Shown piece after piece: positions 36,603 to 50,176 of a stretch of 64,000 bases of DNA (its first letter is position 1; the number at the start of each line of letters is the position of its first letter). The stretch comes from Okamejei kenojei. Lineage: Eukaryota. The stretch covers positions 38,874,001-38,938,000 of the forward strand of contig CM069153.1 of the NCBI GenBank assembly GCA_035221665.1, read 5' to 3'. A program made the position numbers and the translations under genes. The notes beneath the pieces were generated by a model that saw nothing but the letters and a program-made list of their open reading frames with translations, was not told where the DNA came from and did no database searches.

Positions 36603-39600
36603 GTATGTTATTTTTGCCTTAAATTTTGTTTATCTCGCTGTATTTTTTTTTCCACGTCGGCAGTTGATTGGTAATCACAATGAATATGAGAGGGAGAGAG
36701 AGAAATGAAAGAGAGGGGGAAGAGGGAGGCAGAAAGCGAGAAAGTAGAAATGAAACGGCCTACTCCAGTTAAAATAGCTGCACACTGTGTAAAGAAAATA
36801 CCCTAAATTCACTGACCGCACGGTCTTTTAGTTAGGAGGGATATAAGCCCAGCAGTGGAGTATAGGCTTTAAAAAAAAAAAAAATCGTGCTGAGGAATGT
36901 AAGGTTGCTGATTCATTTTATAATTTAAAAATAACTTTTTTTTTTCTAACAAGTCAAAACACCCAATCTATAGCGACAAATATCCACGGGTGTGAAACCG
37001 TGATGGAGGTGGCAATATATTGTGCTGTGCGTGCTGGAAATATTGGAACAAGAAAGGTGCAATTTAAAGGAGAATTTGGAAGTAAAATATATTTTGCACG
37101 CACGGTCGGTTTATTTATATCTCCGTTCTCAATGTTCGAGAGGACGCGCTGTCCCGCACTGGGATGAATGGCGGACCCATTTATTTCACCTTTTTGAATG
37201 TGTTCAGTGCCGTTAATATTTTATTTTAACTTCAGATTCCGAAACCAGCAGTTTGTTTGCAACTTTAACACTCGTGTCAAATGGTAGAGAAAGAAAAATC
37301 GAGAGTAATTGAGTGAATTCCCATTTATTAGAGGTTCTGCTGTACTAATTTAAAATGGGGATTATTTCGCCTGCGGTTTTAAAGAAAAATAACGATTCCC
37401 CTTCGTGTTTCCATTATCGTCGAGAAATTGTCGATGTTTCTGAATTCAAAGCAAATGACTGGCCCATCTCTTAACAAACTGCTGCAAAATCAAACGGCCA
37501 GCACCATAATAAAAAGCACGTTAGGTGGTGACAATGCAATGAATTAACCCATATTCATGACAAATATATCTAACAGTGGGTTTTGTTTGTCGCTCAGTTT
37601 ACTAAGAGTAGTTTTATTTTTGCAAGTCTCCTCAACAATCCGCTGTTTGTTATATCCTATGGTTTTTTTTAAAAAAAGTGTGCAGAAACTGACAAGAGGT
37701 TCAACCACAGGCTTATAAATACGTAGCCAATTAGATCTTGTTTTGCAGGCTTAAAGCAAATAGATTAAACACTTTTGAGCTGCCATGCCATTTAGAACCT
37801 CCAAACGTCTTTTGTTTTTTAATCAAATTATAGCAGAAATTCGAGTATTTTCTTTGGCGATGAACAGATAGCAAGCAGGTCGACTGGCGTGGAGGAAGTG
37901 AAATAATCCTCACACGATCCGCCGAGTCCCTTTATAAAAAAAAGATTCACATAGTGGCGAATAAAGCGTAATCTTGATTACAGGCACATCGCGGGGATAG
38001 AGGGCCCGGGTTGTAAAAGAAGAACGTCTTTACCCTTCTCATTTATTTATTTTTATGGCGTATATTGTGTCATAAGCAACAAAAGGTGAATAAAATGAGT
38101 TTTGAAAGGGGTAGGAGAACTGTTTGTCATGAGGGAGTGTAATCAGTGACTGTCTTATTGTTTTCTGCTGACTGAAGGCTAGGTTGATTGCCTCCTTAAA
38201 ACTCAGAGGGGAAAAAAACCCCACAAAATAAAACAGAATGTTTGCTAGGCAATAGAAGTTGATTATTTTAACGCCGGTGTTTGAGATAATAATAGGCGCC
38301 ATCATTATCTACATACAATAGGATTCTGACTGCCCTTCATTGTAGGAACGTAATCTATGGAATCGGGTTAGCATTAAGATTTAAGTACGTAAATAAAATG
38401 TGTCCGATAAGTTTTACCTCAATATTACTGGGAGGTTGAAAAGTAATTCCATAACGTGAAATTGGCATGGTTGTCATGGTTTTAATATTGGTGTTGAAAT
38501 ATTTGTGTGGAAATGAAAGGGATGTGTGTGTGTGTGTGTGTTTTTAAGACTTTATTCTAAGGGTTCGGTCATATCGATGTGATATCGGGGGAAGGTCCAG
38601 CGAGCAACCGCCTCGGAGCTCACCCAGAACAGGGAAATATCCCACAACGGCCCGCTTACACCAGGATCAATGTGGAACTCCGCACACACACGCCCTGTGA
38701 GACCGGCCATCACGAGAACATACTGATATTGTAAACCAGCGTGTAACACGGCGGTCGGTGGCTTCTGTGTGCCATTTTACATTCGCAGCTTTGCAATTCA
38801 TTTCATGTCCGATTCTTTTTTTTTTTTTGTCTCATTAAACAGACGGCACTCGAAAAAACAAATAATAGATAAACCCGGCCCTTCAGGACCATTCCCAGAA
38901 ATGGTGAAATCTAGCGAAGCTATATGACCAAAACACAGCTCATGAGCTGAGCACGGAGTATGCAAAGCCCCTTGTTGTTTCACGTTACAATGCGTGCAAG
39001 AATTTATAGACAAACGTGCTACACCTAGAAATAGGGAGAATAAACTGCGTAATGATTTTTTGTTGTTGTTGCATTTGAGCACATATCAGATGCACGGGTT
39101 TCCATTACACGCCCTCCCCTAAAGAACATATGCTATGCACTACCATCCTCCTCTTTACCTCGGCGTCACGTTATCTTGGATATATTTTTAAAAAAAACTT
39201 TGCCCTTTCACTTCACCGAATTAAGTGTGTAATGGCAGCACCGCGCGTCCTTCTAAATCGCTCCAAAGGGGTTTGGCCTTTCTCTTGGGCTTCTCTGCCT
39301 TCTCTTTCTCTCGCACATTTCACGTCCTTTCTGATATTTTCCCTTTCTCTCTCTCCGTTCTGTGTTCCCCTCCCCCCCCTCTCTCTCTCACTCACACACA
39401 CTCATCCTCGCGCTAGTGTTCCCCCGCAATCTGCTTTGTAAAATAAACACATTTTTTACTTTGATTAACTAGATTTCTAGCCGCAGCCTTCCGACCGATA
39501 AGATCTGAAACCGAAAGTAGATTGGCGCTTCTCGGCGCCCGCCGAGAGAATGTCGCCGGAGCCTCCACAGTACACACGCACCGAGTTTGTGCCTAGCGAC

Positions 39601-42600
39601 TGAAATATTCCTTAAAACAAAGACCTGAACTCCAGCGAGTAATTTTTACAATGTCCTGAAAAGAACGGGGCCCGGAGAGTTGAGAGGAAGGGCGAGCGTG
39701 GTTCTGGGTTTGAAATAGAATTTTCTTTTGAAGGCAACTTGTTTTAAATATCAGCAGACTCCCACTGTGCGAGCGCATGGTGTCAAAACTCCTAGTATAT
39801 GCGGATTTTACATTCACACAGTCGCTCGACATCCTTCCGCGAAACGTTGGCGTTTGAAACCCGAGCCCTCCTGAATGTTTCAATGCAACTCACTTTAAGG
39901 CCAGCCAGCTCCATCCGGTCCGTCCTCGGTTGCAACTCAAACCCAAGCTGGATTGTTTTAAATATATCTCGGGAGAAAGCTATCTGCAATCGCTGCTCCT
40001 TTTGAGATCTGCGTCCGTCTCCATCGTGGAAGTTCAACCAACGCAGAACAACCCAATCCAATATTGAAATGCCCACCCGCATGCGATGTATATCATTTAT
40101 TCAGATAGGCAATTAAATTCAGCACAATACATAAATTCATCAGCAGATAGCGATTGCTAATAACTACCTCCCATATTGAGCATCGATTGTGCCTTCGTCA
40201 TATTGTTATGCAATAAATTGATAATTAACTGGTCCGACTGGTCATAAAATCCTTTTAGTTTAAGCGTAGCCCTTTGTGGAAGATTCTGCAATGAACGTTC
40301 AAGTTTATTATTTAAAACGACAAGGACTTCTAACTCTAACCGCACACCCAAAACAGAAAGGCATTGCCAAAAGTCTCTGCTATTTAAAAAAAAAAGAAAA
40401 TCTGATATATTGTCAGGAATAGGCCGCTCGTTTGTTGGGCAATTGTATAACACATTTAACAATTGTTTAAGTAATTACTCATGGGTGCATAAAGCAAATC
40501 TCAAAAAAGCATTTATCTCCAGTTGAAGGTTCAATATCACCTCGCCCACATTCGCCGCATGCAAGTTAGTGTACGAAGGCGGTGCGTCTAATCAGAAAAA
40601 TCGCCAAATCCATTTAAATTCATCTGCCGAAGCAACGAACGACATTCACAAAAGAAAATGGTAATAACTTATTCGAATATTGTAAACTAGCTAGACATTG
40701 GCCAGTTGTTCGCAGTAATGCAGCATTAGAATTTGTAATAACATGCTTAAAAACTTATCCAGCTAGCAATAATTGAATGTGGATAGATTGAGGTCCCCCC
40801 CCTAACCCCCCATCTATAAATGTACTTAAATAAGATATTGTCAGACTTCGAGATCAGTGGAATTTTGATTTTAGGGAATTCCGTTTCTTTTCTTACTAAC
40901 GAGATTTTATTTTAAGACAAAACACATTCAGTGCGTCTGAAAGTAAACGTTCTCGGTTACTAAATGTAACAACAGAGCTCTGAGTTCAGACTGTCGGCAT
41001 TTGTATGGTGGAAGAGGGTAGATTAGAAGCGACGCAATTTGTTTAATATTGATATAGGCGCAAAAAAAAAATAATGTTGGAGGCCACCTCATCTCAAGTT
41101 GATTTGAGGGCTGGCGGCCGTGCGGTTTACATTGTGCTTACTTAAGCAGCAGGGCGATTACCGAGTGTACGTGGCGGATCCTTAACCAGGTTCAGAGTTG
41201 GGACTCGATATTTTCGCACCCTGGCTTTCAAGAATCGAGAAGTAGAAATTCTCGTGGCAGGGGGAGACAATGGTAGAGAAATAGCACAATGGATGTTTGG
41301 GATTTTTTTCTCTCTCTCTCTCTCTCGCCACTGTGTATCCACGTGCTCTCTATTCTTAAATGTAGAAACACGTTAAAAGGACAAAGCTCCAGAGTGAAGT
41401 CCCGCGACGGGAAATTTAGCTGCCTTTAAAATTGCAATTGAATCTGTTGTCTATGTTATCCCATTGCATGACTATTCCTCCCCCCCCCCCCCCCCAAAAA
41501 AAAAACAAACAAATTTTGGGGAAGAAAACACCATCAGATTGGTCTGTGTTCCTATATCCGCCAGTATTTTTGGTAAATCGTCGCCTCTTCACACACTTAT
41601 TCCCGAACTAAATACGGCAACGTTAAATAAATAGCCATTACAAATAGAAAGGCCCAGCAACTGTGATTGGGGATAGCTATCTTTATTTTCAATCATCAGG
41701 CTACTTTCCTTTTACATAATAGTAACTTTATGATATGGCGCGCGAGCGTCTCTGTAGATAAAATGGTCCATTATACAAATTTTATTTTTTAATTTAAAAA
41801 AAAAATAAAAGCTGTTCGAGCCTAAGGAGGAAATGTCTGACCTTATGAGGTATCCCAGCTTTTTATACGTTTTCTTTTTTTCCGTTAGCCCCTTAGAATT
41901 GTAATACAAAGTACGAACAAACATCTGCTTTATCTTTGGAACACTTTCTCTTAATTGATGTTTTAAAGTGCTCTTTATGGCGATCGGTACGTTCCAACTT
42001 ATTAAAACTAAAACCAGATCTTCAACCACTCCCCACTTTTTTTTTAAAAAAACGCAACACTCAGGGTAAGTGATCTGTGTAAAATGTCTGAAATTCCAAT
42101 TAAATAGGCGATTAAAAAGCGCACTAGGCATCCGCTGCTTTTTAGACTTTTCGAGCTCCGTTTAATTTTACGTTTTTCTTCAATAAAATGCCTCGTAATG
42201 AAGCAACCGTGCCAATAGCTTCCACCATTTACGAGAGTGACCTCAACAGCTTATAATGTAACACAGATGCTCTCCCCTATTAGAGAGATTTCTCACATTC
42301 ACTCAAAGCTAGGTGGATTAAAGTAACAGTCTCTTTCTTTCTGAGACACTATTTACAATCTATATTGAAATCATACAGCAAGATAACCGACTGGTGCCTT
42401 CACTACTTAAATGGTCCCCTTTTTTCGCCTTCTGAGCTCTATATTCTTTCCGAAGCGACGGGTTTCTGTCGCTCACGCCTCCGAATCAGACTCAAAGCCC
42501 AGAGATCACTGGTTGAACGGTTCAGAATTCATGAAAGCCGTCTAAAACTGACAATTTACGGCAGGGGAAAAAAACAGATGTCGGCACTGTGGGTTTTAAC

Positions 42601-43082
42601 ACATTTAATGGGTATTTGTCTGCACTATACCAATTCACAACTGGTGCCTGTGCAAATCCGTGCATTGAAAAGTTAATGAAATATACAGACAGGACATTTC
42701 CAAGCAGTCATTGTCTTAGAAGCAATTGTATATTATTGTCTTTTTACCTATCGTTCCCTTCTGCGTTTTGTTTTACAAAACTGATCAAGAAGCGTCCCGT
42801 TTCTCTTCCCCTTTTTTTTGTATGTGTGTTTTTTTTTTTTTTGCGTTGCGTTGCGTTGCGCTGCAAGCATGTAGAGAGTAGCCTCCGGCCTCTGGTGACA
42901 AGTCCTCGTTCCGGTAGTTGGATCTGGGTGTAAGATCGAAGGAAACTGTCAGTCAGTGATGCTTCATTGATCACGCACAATCCTCTTTGCAGGACTTGCC
43001 TTCTTCAAGAGCGATCAGTCATTTTGCATTAATTATCCAATCCACTAGTCCTCTAGGCTTCAACAGGGCTCCTCTGTGCGCT

Positions 43083-43233
43083 NNNNNNNNNNNNNNNNNN
43101 NNNNNNNNNNNNNNNNNNNNNNNNNNNNNNNNNNNNNNNNNNNNNNNNNNNNNNNNNNNNNNNNNNNNNNNNNNNNNNNNNNNNNNNNNNNNNNNNNNNN
43201 NNNNNNNNNNNNNNNNNNNNNNNNNNNNNNNNN
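43083..43233. other. Assembly gap (151 N)
   Basis: Run of N. Confidence 1.
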
Positions 43234-43950
43234 GTTAAACTAGGAGTAAGAACCAGATGCACCAAAAAATATTATTGACGGTTGCCTCAGAAGGTAGTGA
43301 ATGAATGATAGAGAAAATAGAATTAGGAAATAAATCAGTTTGTTAAACCCACCTTGATTTGCCATTCACCTCTCTTGAAACTTCTGCACCGGAGAATGAA
43401 ATCCACGCGGATACAAGAACATGTTATTATTTGTTTACTGCAAGCACATGGCCTTCCCCTTCCCGCCAGGCGTCTTGCATTGCATTTCTTTCCACCCTTT
43501 CGTGCACGGATAGTTATCCCAACTTCTTCAGATCTCCCGTTTTTCTTTTTCCTTCTTCTGATCTTGTCCTTTTATGTTGATTAAAGCATTTGTACCTTCC
43601 ACCGCTGCGAGCCTTTAAAGCGCTTTCAATAAGTCTGCCCATGTGTTGCTCCTCGGTTGCATTTCGTTCAGTCGGTGTCATCTTTGCGCTGGCTTCCTGG
43701 TGTTGCAAAAAATAAAATAAAAAATCTGTTGCTGAATGCTGGATCGCTTCTCCTGTTTCCTTCCAGCACCTCCAGATGAGACTTTCACATTCGGTAATGT
43801 GTCCTTCCTCGTTGCTCACCCCACTCCCTCAATGTCCTGAAACTTCTTCTTTGCATTTCTTTCCACTCCACGTAATTGTGTTCTCCCCACCCCCCCAGGC
43901 CCGGTTCTTCTCGGCCACCATTGCCCCAGTCCCAAAAATAAAAAGCTCAC

Positions 43951-44030
43951 CTTCCTCCTCCTGCATGCACCACACTTCCACTCACTCTTCCCCCTTTTCT
44001 GCTCAAGGGCCATTTGGGTCTCTCCCGGAG
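43951..44030 (-). ncRNA. Candidate first exon of a divergent transcript
   Basis: TATAAAG on the - strand at 44060-44054; near-consensus donor AAG|GTGAGC starting at 43950. Confidence 0.4.
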
Positions 44031-44282
44031 GCCGCCGCGAAACCGTCACCTCCCTTTATACGTCTCCCTCCCTTTCAACCCGCGGCCGGGGGCGCCCCGA
44101 AACCGTCGCCGCGCCCTAATTGCTTCTCATGCGGCCCGGCGCGGCCTGGCCTGGCCGCCAGCCAATCAGAGGCTTGTTGACACTGGTTGATGGGCAGATT
44201 ACGGGCGCGGCGCCAGCCAATGGAAGTCTTGTTTACACAGGCTGATTGACAGGAGCCCGGGATTGCTAGCGGTGCGCACCTC
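44020..44282. promoter_or_regulatory. CpG-island promoter with two CCAAT boxes, a FOX site and a PBX-PKNOX/MEIS decamer; probably bidirectional
   Basis: CCAAT at 44162 and 44217; TGTTTAC 44230-44236; TGATTGACAG 44243-44252; GC/CpG-rich; TATAAA on the - strand at 44060-44055. Confidence 0.8.
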
Positions 44283-44420
44283 ATTGTACAGACAAGTTGC
44301 TGAAGTAAGAAATCTTTTGGTGCTCGTGCTCACTGCAACCTTTTCAGAAGTGTAGCATGTCACATAGCGTCCAGATAATTAAAAAACATTTTCTTTTTTC
44401 AGTGTATACTCGGAATTCCA
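44283..44420 (+). other. BAHCC1: Putative non-coding first exon of BAHCC1
   Basis: Follows the CCAAT/TALE promoter; Inr-like ctcAtt at 44283; donor CCA|gtaagt at 44421. TSS position is inferred. Confidence 0.6.
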
Positions 44421-46234
44421 GTAAGTACACGTTTTCGCTACATATATGCAATAAAAGTTTCAAAATGCAAACATAATAAGAATTGAAATATTTGTTATTT
44501 TAAGTGTAACCTAGTGTTTGGCAGCCTGTGTTTTTTTTTTGGGGTGGGGGGCTTATTCAAAGCGATGTAATCAACAAGCCGCGCTCGATTTTTTTTTTTT
44601 GTTTGCGAAATCCCATTTGTATCCGTGCATTTTAAAACGGAAACAGAAGCTCCAAGCGGGCGGCTGTTGTACAACCGCTCCAAGCGCTCTCTTCTCCGGC
44701 TTCACTCGGAAGGACAGTGCGCTCCGAGCAAATTCACCCAACCAAAAAAAAAAAACAAAACACCTTTTCAAATGCTTCCCAAAAATTAACAACCACAAAA
44801 CAAAAAATCTGAATAAACGCCGAAAATCCCAGGGACCGCCGGGTTGCCTTTGATATTATCAAGAAGACATTGAACAGAGGGAGCCATCTGAGCGGTGGCA
44901 GCTTTCTTATCGCACTGTAACGATACCGAATGGCTCATTCCTTTTCGGCATTATTGAGAGACGTCCTCATTTTAAAAAAAACCCCACACTAAACGTTGTA
45001 AAAAACAGTTTAAAAAAAAAAGAGTGATGGCTTTCACCGCCGTTTTGTCGGCGTGAAGATAAGGCCTGGATTTTAATTTTAAAACACAGCAGTTGGGGAG
45101 ATTAAGGAGCACACCGAAGCAAATAGTAATCATATTATAATGTAAATTGACAACCCGACTGCCCGTATTACAAAAAACAAGCATTTTATACATTCCGATT
45201 CTAGCTAGCTTTAAAATATCGACTGCAGTCGGTTGTTTTTTTGCTGCATTTTTGCGGCTTATTCTTGAAATTAGAATTTATTGAATAGCATGCGTTATTT
45301 TTTTTTGCCGTGGGACGCATATTGTTAGTATTTTACATACGGTGCTTTTTGCACATAAAATCCGATTTTTCAGATTAATTCTGCTTGGTGGGTGGAAATC
45401 TTTCAGTTATTTTACAATGTTAAGTTGTCGTGAATTTAAATTATCGCTCACTGTTCTGTTGGAAATATCATCCCGAAATTATTGTCAGATGAAAATTCAG
45501 GCAGGGTGTGTAGGGGAAGGGAGACATTGCAAAATGAAGAGGATATTTTTCTTTAAAAAAGAGACCAATTTAAAAGCATCTAAGTGAACGATAGAATGTT
45601 GAATTATTGTTGCTCCACTCAGTCCGCGTTATTGCACGAAAACGATGCATGCGTATAATCTGCATAAATAAACCGGACAAAATGTTAAAGAAAAATACGT
45701 AAAAAAATTCTGTCCCCTAAACCAATTCGTCTTAGAAACAGGGGCCGCCTTTAATAAACATTTCATTGTCTAATCCTCTGAGTGTCAGGAGTAATTTATG
45801 TCCCGGCAGCCGTGCGCTGAATACAGTCTCTGTAAAGTGCTATATTTGGTTAATTTTCTTTTATTCTTAAGACTACCGAATGTTGAGATAAATCGATGTG
45901 ATTGATAAAAGGGAATGAATTAAAATATAATTATGTCTATATTTTGCACATTTATTTATAAACAGTCTCGAGCGATTGTGCATCCCCTGTTAAAATAATT
46001 TGGTTGGAGAAAGATTGTCCTGCATTTCTACTCCGTGGGTTTGGCTATTATTACAAGGGATTTGGAAATTGAATGGTTTTGAATTGTCAAGAAGGGTGTG
46101 AGTTCTCATGTTATTGCACTTGGTGCAGTACGGCGGTTGCACGAAGGATCGACTGAGCCTGCAAACTTTCTCTTTCCCGGGTTTGAAGCCCCGTGCAGAT
46201 GCACGATTGACGGCTGGTTATTCTTCTGTTGCAG

Positions 46235-46557
<323 letters not shown>

Positions 46558-47806
46558 TAGTGGGTCTCAACAGGAACCCATGTGTGTAAATATCTTTGTC
46601 TGCAAGTCTAGACCGCTATTTTATGTTTTGAAAATAGCTCTGATTTTTTTTTTAAACCCGAAAGCATGGATTTTGTAAGAGCTGTTACCAACAGCTATGT
46701 TCTGCAAAGTATTAATCATTTTACTTAATTAACAGCTAAAATCTGTTTATTGGGGAAAGCTTGGTTTGAACAGTTTGTGCTGAAATTAAAATTCTGGTAA
46801 AATGTAACATATTCTGCAGAAAGGTATATTGAGGACGGCCATGGCGTATCGAAACGCTGCTATCCAGTGGAGACCATCAATACAGAGACTGTTAGTGGAG
46901 ATCTGTATTCTGATGAAGTATAATGTAATAAAAGGAAGATTCGGACCCTTTCTACGTATTCTACAGAGATGTAATGCACGGCGATATTGAATGGTTGTTC
47001 AAATAGAGAGAGAGAGAGAGAGAGAGAAGATCGCTGTCACGTTCAGTATTCAGCTTAAGTGGCAATATGTCTGTCTGCGGGTGTGTAGTGGTGTAATGCT
47101 CGAAAATCCGGTTTCTAAAATGGTTTGCGAAGTGTGAGGGTGAAAATGGGTTCACTCGGCATTCAGAAACTTGGTCAAGTGTTTCTGGTATTCTGTTAAA
47201 CAAATACTAGACAGGCGATGGAGCAAAAAGAGTGTTCCGCCGTCTACTCCACAAGGAGGGAAGAGGACGGAGTGCAGAGTTTGGTGTGCAAGCGCCTATC
47301 GTGTCCTTGGAATGAATGACTAATTATACACTCTGTATATAATAATAATTATAATAATAGCGATACAGACGGTTTTATTTAGTACACTGCTGTGGAATGG
47401 TTCACTTCCCAAAGCCGAACTGTGGACTGCACCCCTCCAAGACACTTTCTCAGACGTAGAGTCCGCATTCAAGCCATAGAAGTCGTTCACTAATGTTGCT
47501 TCACGGCATTCCTCTGTAGTAACAGCAGTAACATAATAGAGGTTGTCAGTTCCTGGTTTTGTCAGAGCAGATGTTTTGGATGTTGGTGTTTCAGATTTTT
47601 TTTTTCTTCCCAGCGATGGTTTCTAAGTATATACTTTGGATCACGTTTCATCCTTTTTTTTTTAAGAAAAAGGGGGGAAACGCATGTACATAAGCGCCCT
47701 GTTCGAGGTGTTGACGATGGCAAGGCTGAAGTTGGGCTTGCTAGCATATCTGATGGGGGTGAAAAAAATCACTTCAGTCACCGCCGAGAATAGTCACTGA
47801 ATTAAC

Positions 47807-47807
<1 letters not shown>

Positions 47808-47857
<50 letters not shown>
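47808..47857. repeat. Poly-C tract (50 nt)
   Basis: Seen directly. Confidence 0.9.
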
Positions 47858-48759
47858 AGAAAAAAAAACCCAACAGATCGGCTCGGTCACCGCTCACTTT
47901 TCCGTGTACTGACAAGTTCGAGGAGTAAATGCAACATTTGGTGGGGTTTAGCTGTGTAAAAGATGCGATGGGGTTCTCCGTGTGTAACAGACACTACCCG
48001 CTCATCGGCTCCACTGTCAGGCGCCTGGCGAGATGCAGAGATGTGGAAGGAAGCGTGTGGACATTTAGAAAGAAATATATCCACGTCCCTTTTCGATCTT
48101 TTTCTCCTTCTTGCTCCCAGACTAATGCTGAGTAGACACTGCAGCAGTCTTATGAAAGGCAACATTTCTGTCCATAAACCTTCGGACTGTTAAATTACTG
48201 ATGGTTAGAATTTTAAATAGGAGTTATATGAAGGTGATGATAAAAAATGTGTTGGGGAATGGCCGGATCTGGGGATTAGAATTCCGAACGCGAATCAAGA
48301 CTTCCATTGGGTATTTTGACCAGCAAGATGACAAGGTTGTGAGGAATATTGAAATCATGACCGTCTTTGAGAATAACGACAGGGATTCTGAATAGACGCG
48401 AGGCCAGTAATACGGGTGTTCTAACGTTTCGCTTCACGCACTTGGCACCGAGTCAACACGTTTCATTAATCTGACGGCAATAAAACCAATCTAAACAGGC
48501 GCAATCTCCATTTTCCTAAAGTGACCCATCGCACCCCACTGATTAAACCCCAATATCCTGCCTTTTTTTGGCCATTGTGTGTCATGTACGTTTAAGAAGC
48601 GATTTTTTTCCCTAAGAGATACGAGTTTTAAAATATCCTTTTGTTCGTGCTTTTAACTAGCAATTGATCTTTGTATTAATAGACAGTAATCAAATTACAT
48701 AAAATGAAACCGTTTAGTGTAAATACTTTAACAAAATGTAACATCAAATTCGACCGATT

Positions 48760-48905
48760 CATTTTAATTATATAAACAGACAATTTATATGTATAGATAT
48801 ATATATATATAGATATAGATATAGGTATAGATATATATAAATAAATAATATAAATATTAATATATTTTATATATATATAAAATAAATATTAATAGATTTT
48901 ATAAA
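48760..48905. repeat. AT-rich low-complexity/(AT)n repeat
   Basis: Seen directly. Confidence 0.9.
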
Positions 48906-50064
48906 CACACATTATACACATTATTTCCCATTTTCTGTTGTTTATATGCAACATGACTCGGAAACAACGTACTTTCTTGAAAAGGATTTGCTTCAGTTCA
49001 ACCAAGCGATACAAAATGCCCAGTAGTATCTTTAAGAAAACCTTGTCGGTTTGCTGCACGTTAGATGCAATCTTTGCTGTATATACTTTTTTTTAGCATT
49101 TCGTAGTTTGTTAGATATTATAAATTGTAAATTATTTGGGAATGCGACTACGGCCCTATCCGAGGAGTCGGGCAGAGGGTAGAATGGGAATCTATGAAAC
49201 AAAGTTGAGCTGGGATTGAATGGTCTGGCGACAAATAATTTGTATTATTTGCAGCTGTCTGTTTTGGGTCAATTCCGGTTCCGAATGCGCCCCTGATACA
49301 GAAAAGTAAATGCCGATAGATTTTCAGAATGTTTAAATAAAAAATAATTTGGGGATGCGTGCCATTTTCTGCCTCGCGCTCCCCCCCCACCCCCGTATTT
49401 GGAGCTGGAATAGTAATGCTATGTTCTGGGGCTGGCAAAGCAACGTGTGACTATGTTGATACCAGGCCACATGCATGCACTGCTTTCCAAAATAGAAATA
49501 GTGAAAAGGCCCACGATGCACGGGCATAGCTTCGTCCAAATCAATAATTCTGCACATTTAGCCTCTGATTTCAATATGTAAAATGTTGTTGTAGGAAGAA
49601 TGAAACTGAACATTCCAACCCAACACGCTTTCTCTTCTCGAGCATCTATCTCTTCCATAAACACGTACAAAAGACATTTAATTCATGCCATGTTTTCGCC
49701 GTTCCCATGTCTCCCATTGCAGATTCTGTACTTTTATTTGCTGTAATCTCCCCGTCAGCTTTTACCCACCCCCATATGGAGAGTTTGATTTTTCGCGATC
49801 GAGTCCTCGAGGTTTCTCGTGTATTTAATCAGGCTCGGCCATTTCTAGTTTTTTTTTCTCTCTCTCTCTCTCTCCCCTCCGCCACACTCTTTACTTTTGT
49901 TTCCTATTGGTCAACGACACCGTCCGCTTGTAAAGGTTTCCTATTTTATTTGTGAAATTGCCTGTCAATAGAAACGTAGATCAATATTTAGATAGTTTTA
50001 TTAGTCAAACAGATTTATTGGTCAGACAAGTCGATAGACGAGTTGATTTATTACTTTTTATCAG

Positions 50065-50176
50065 ATGAAACGGGTAATGGGGAGATGCAGATGTGAAGAG
50101 TATTTGTTGTGTTATCAAAGAGATATGTACATATGGCGAACGTTTCATTTAAACCTCGCAGAGACAATGGCTGCAG
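50065..50176 (+). other. Candidate alternative exon in the BAHCC1 intron
   Basis: Acceptor ttactttttatcag| at 50064; strong donor CAG|gtatgt at 50177; acaATGG at 50167 gives a phase-1 exit. Confidence 0.3.
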
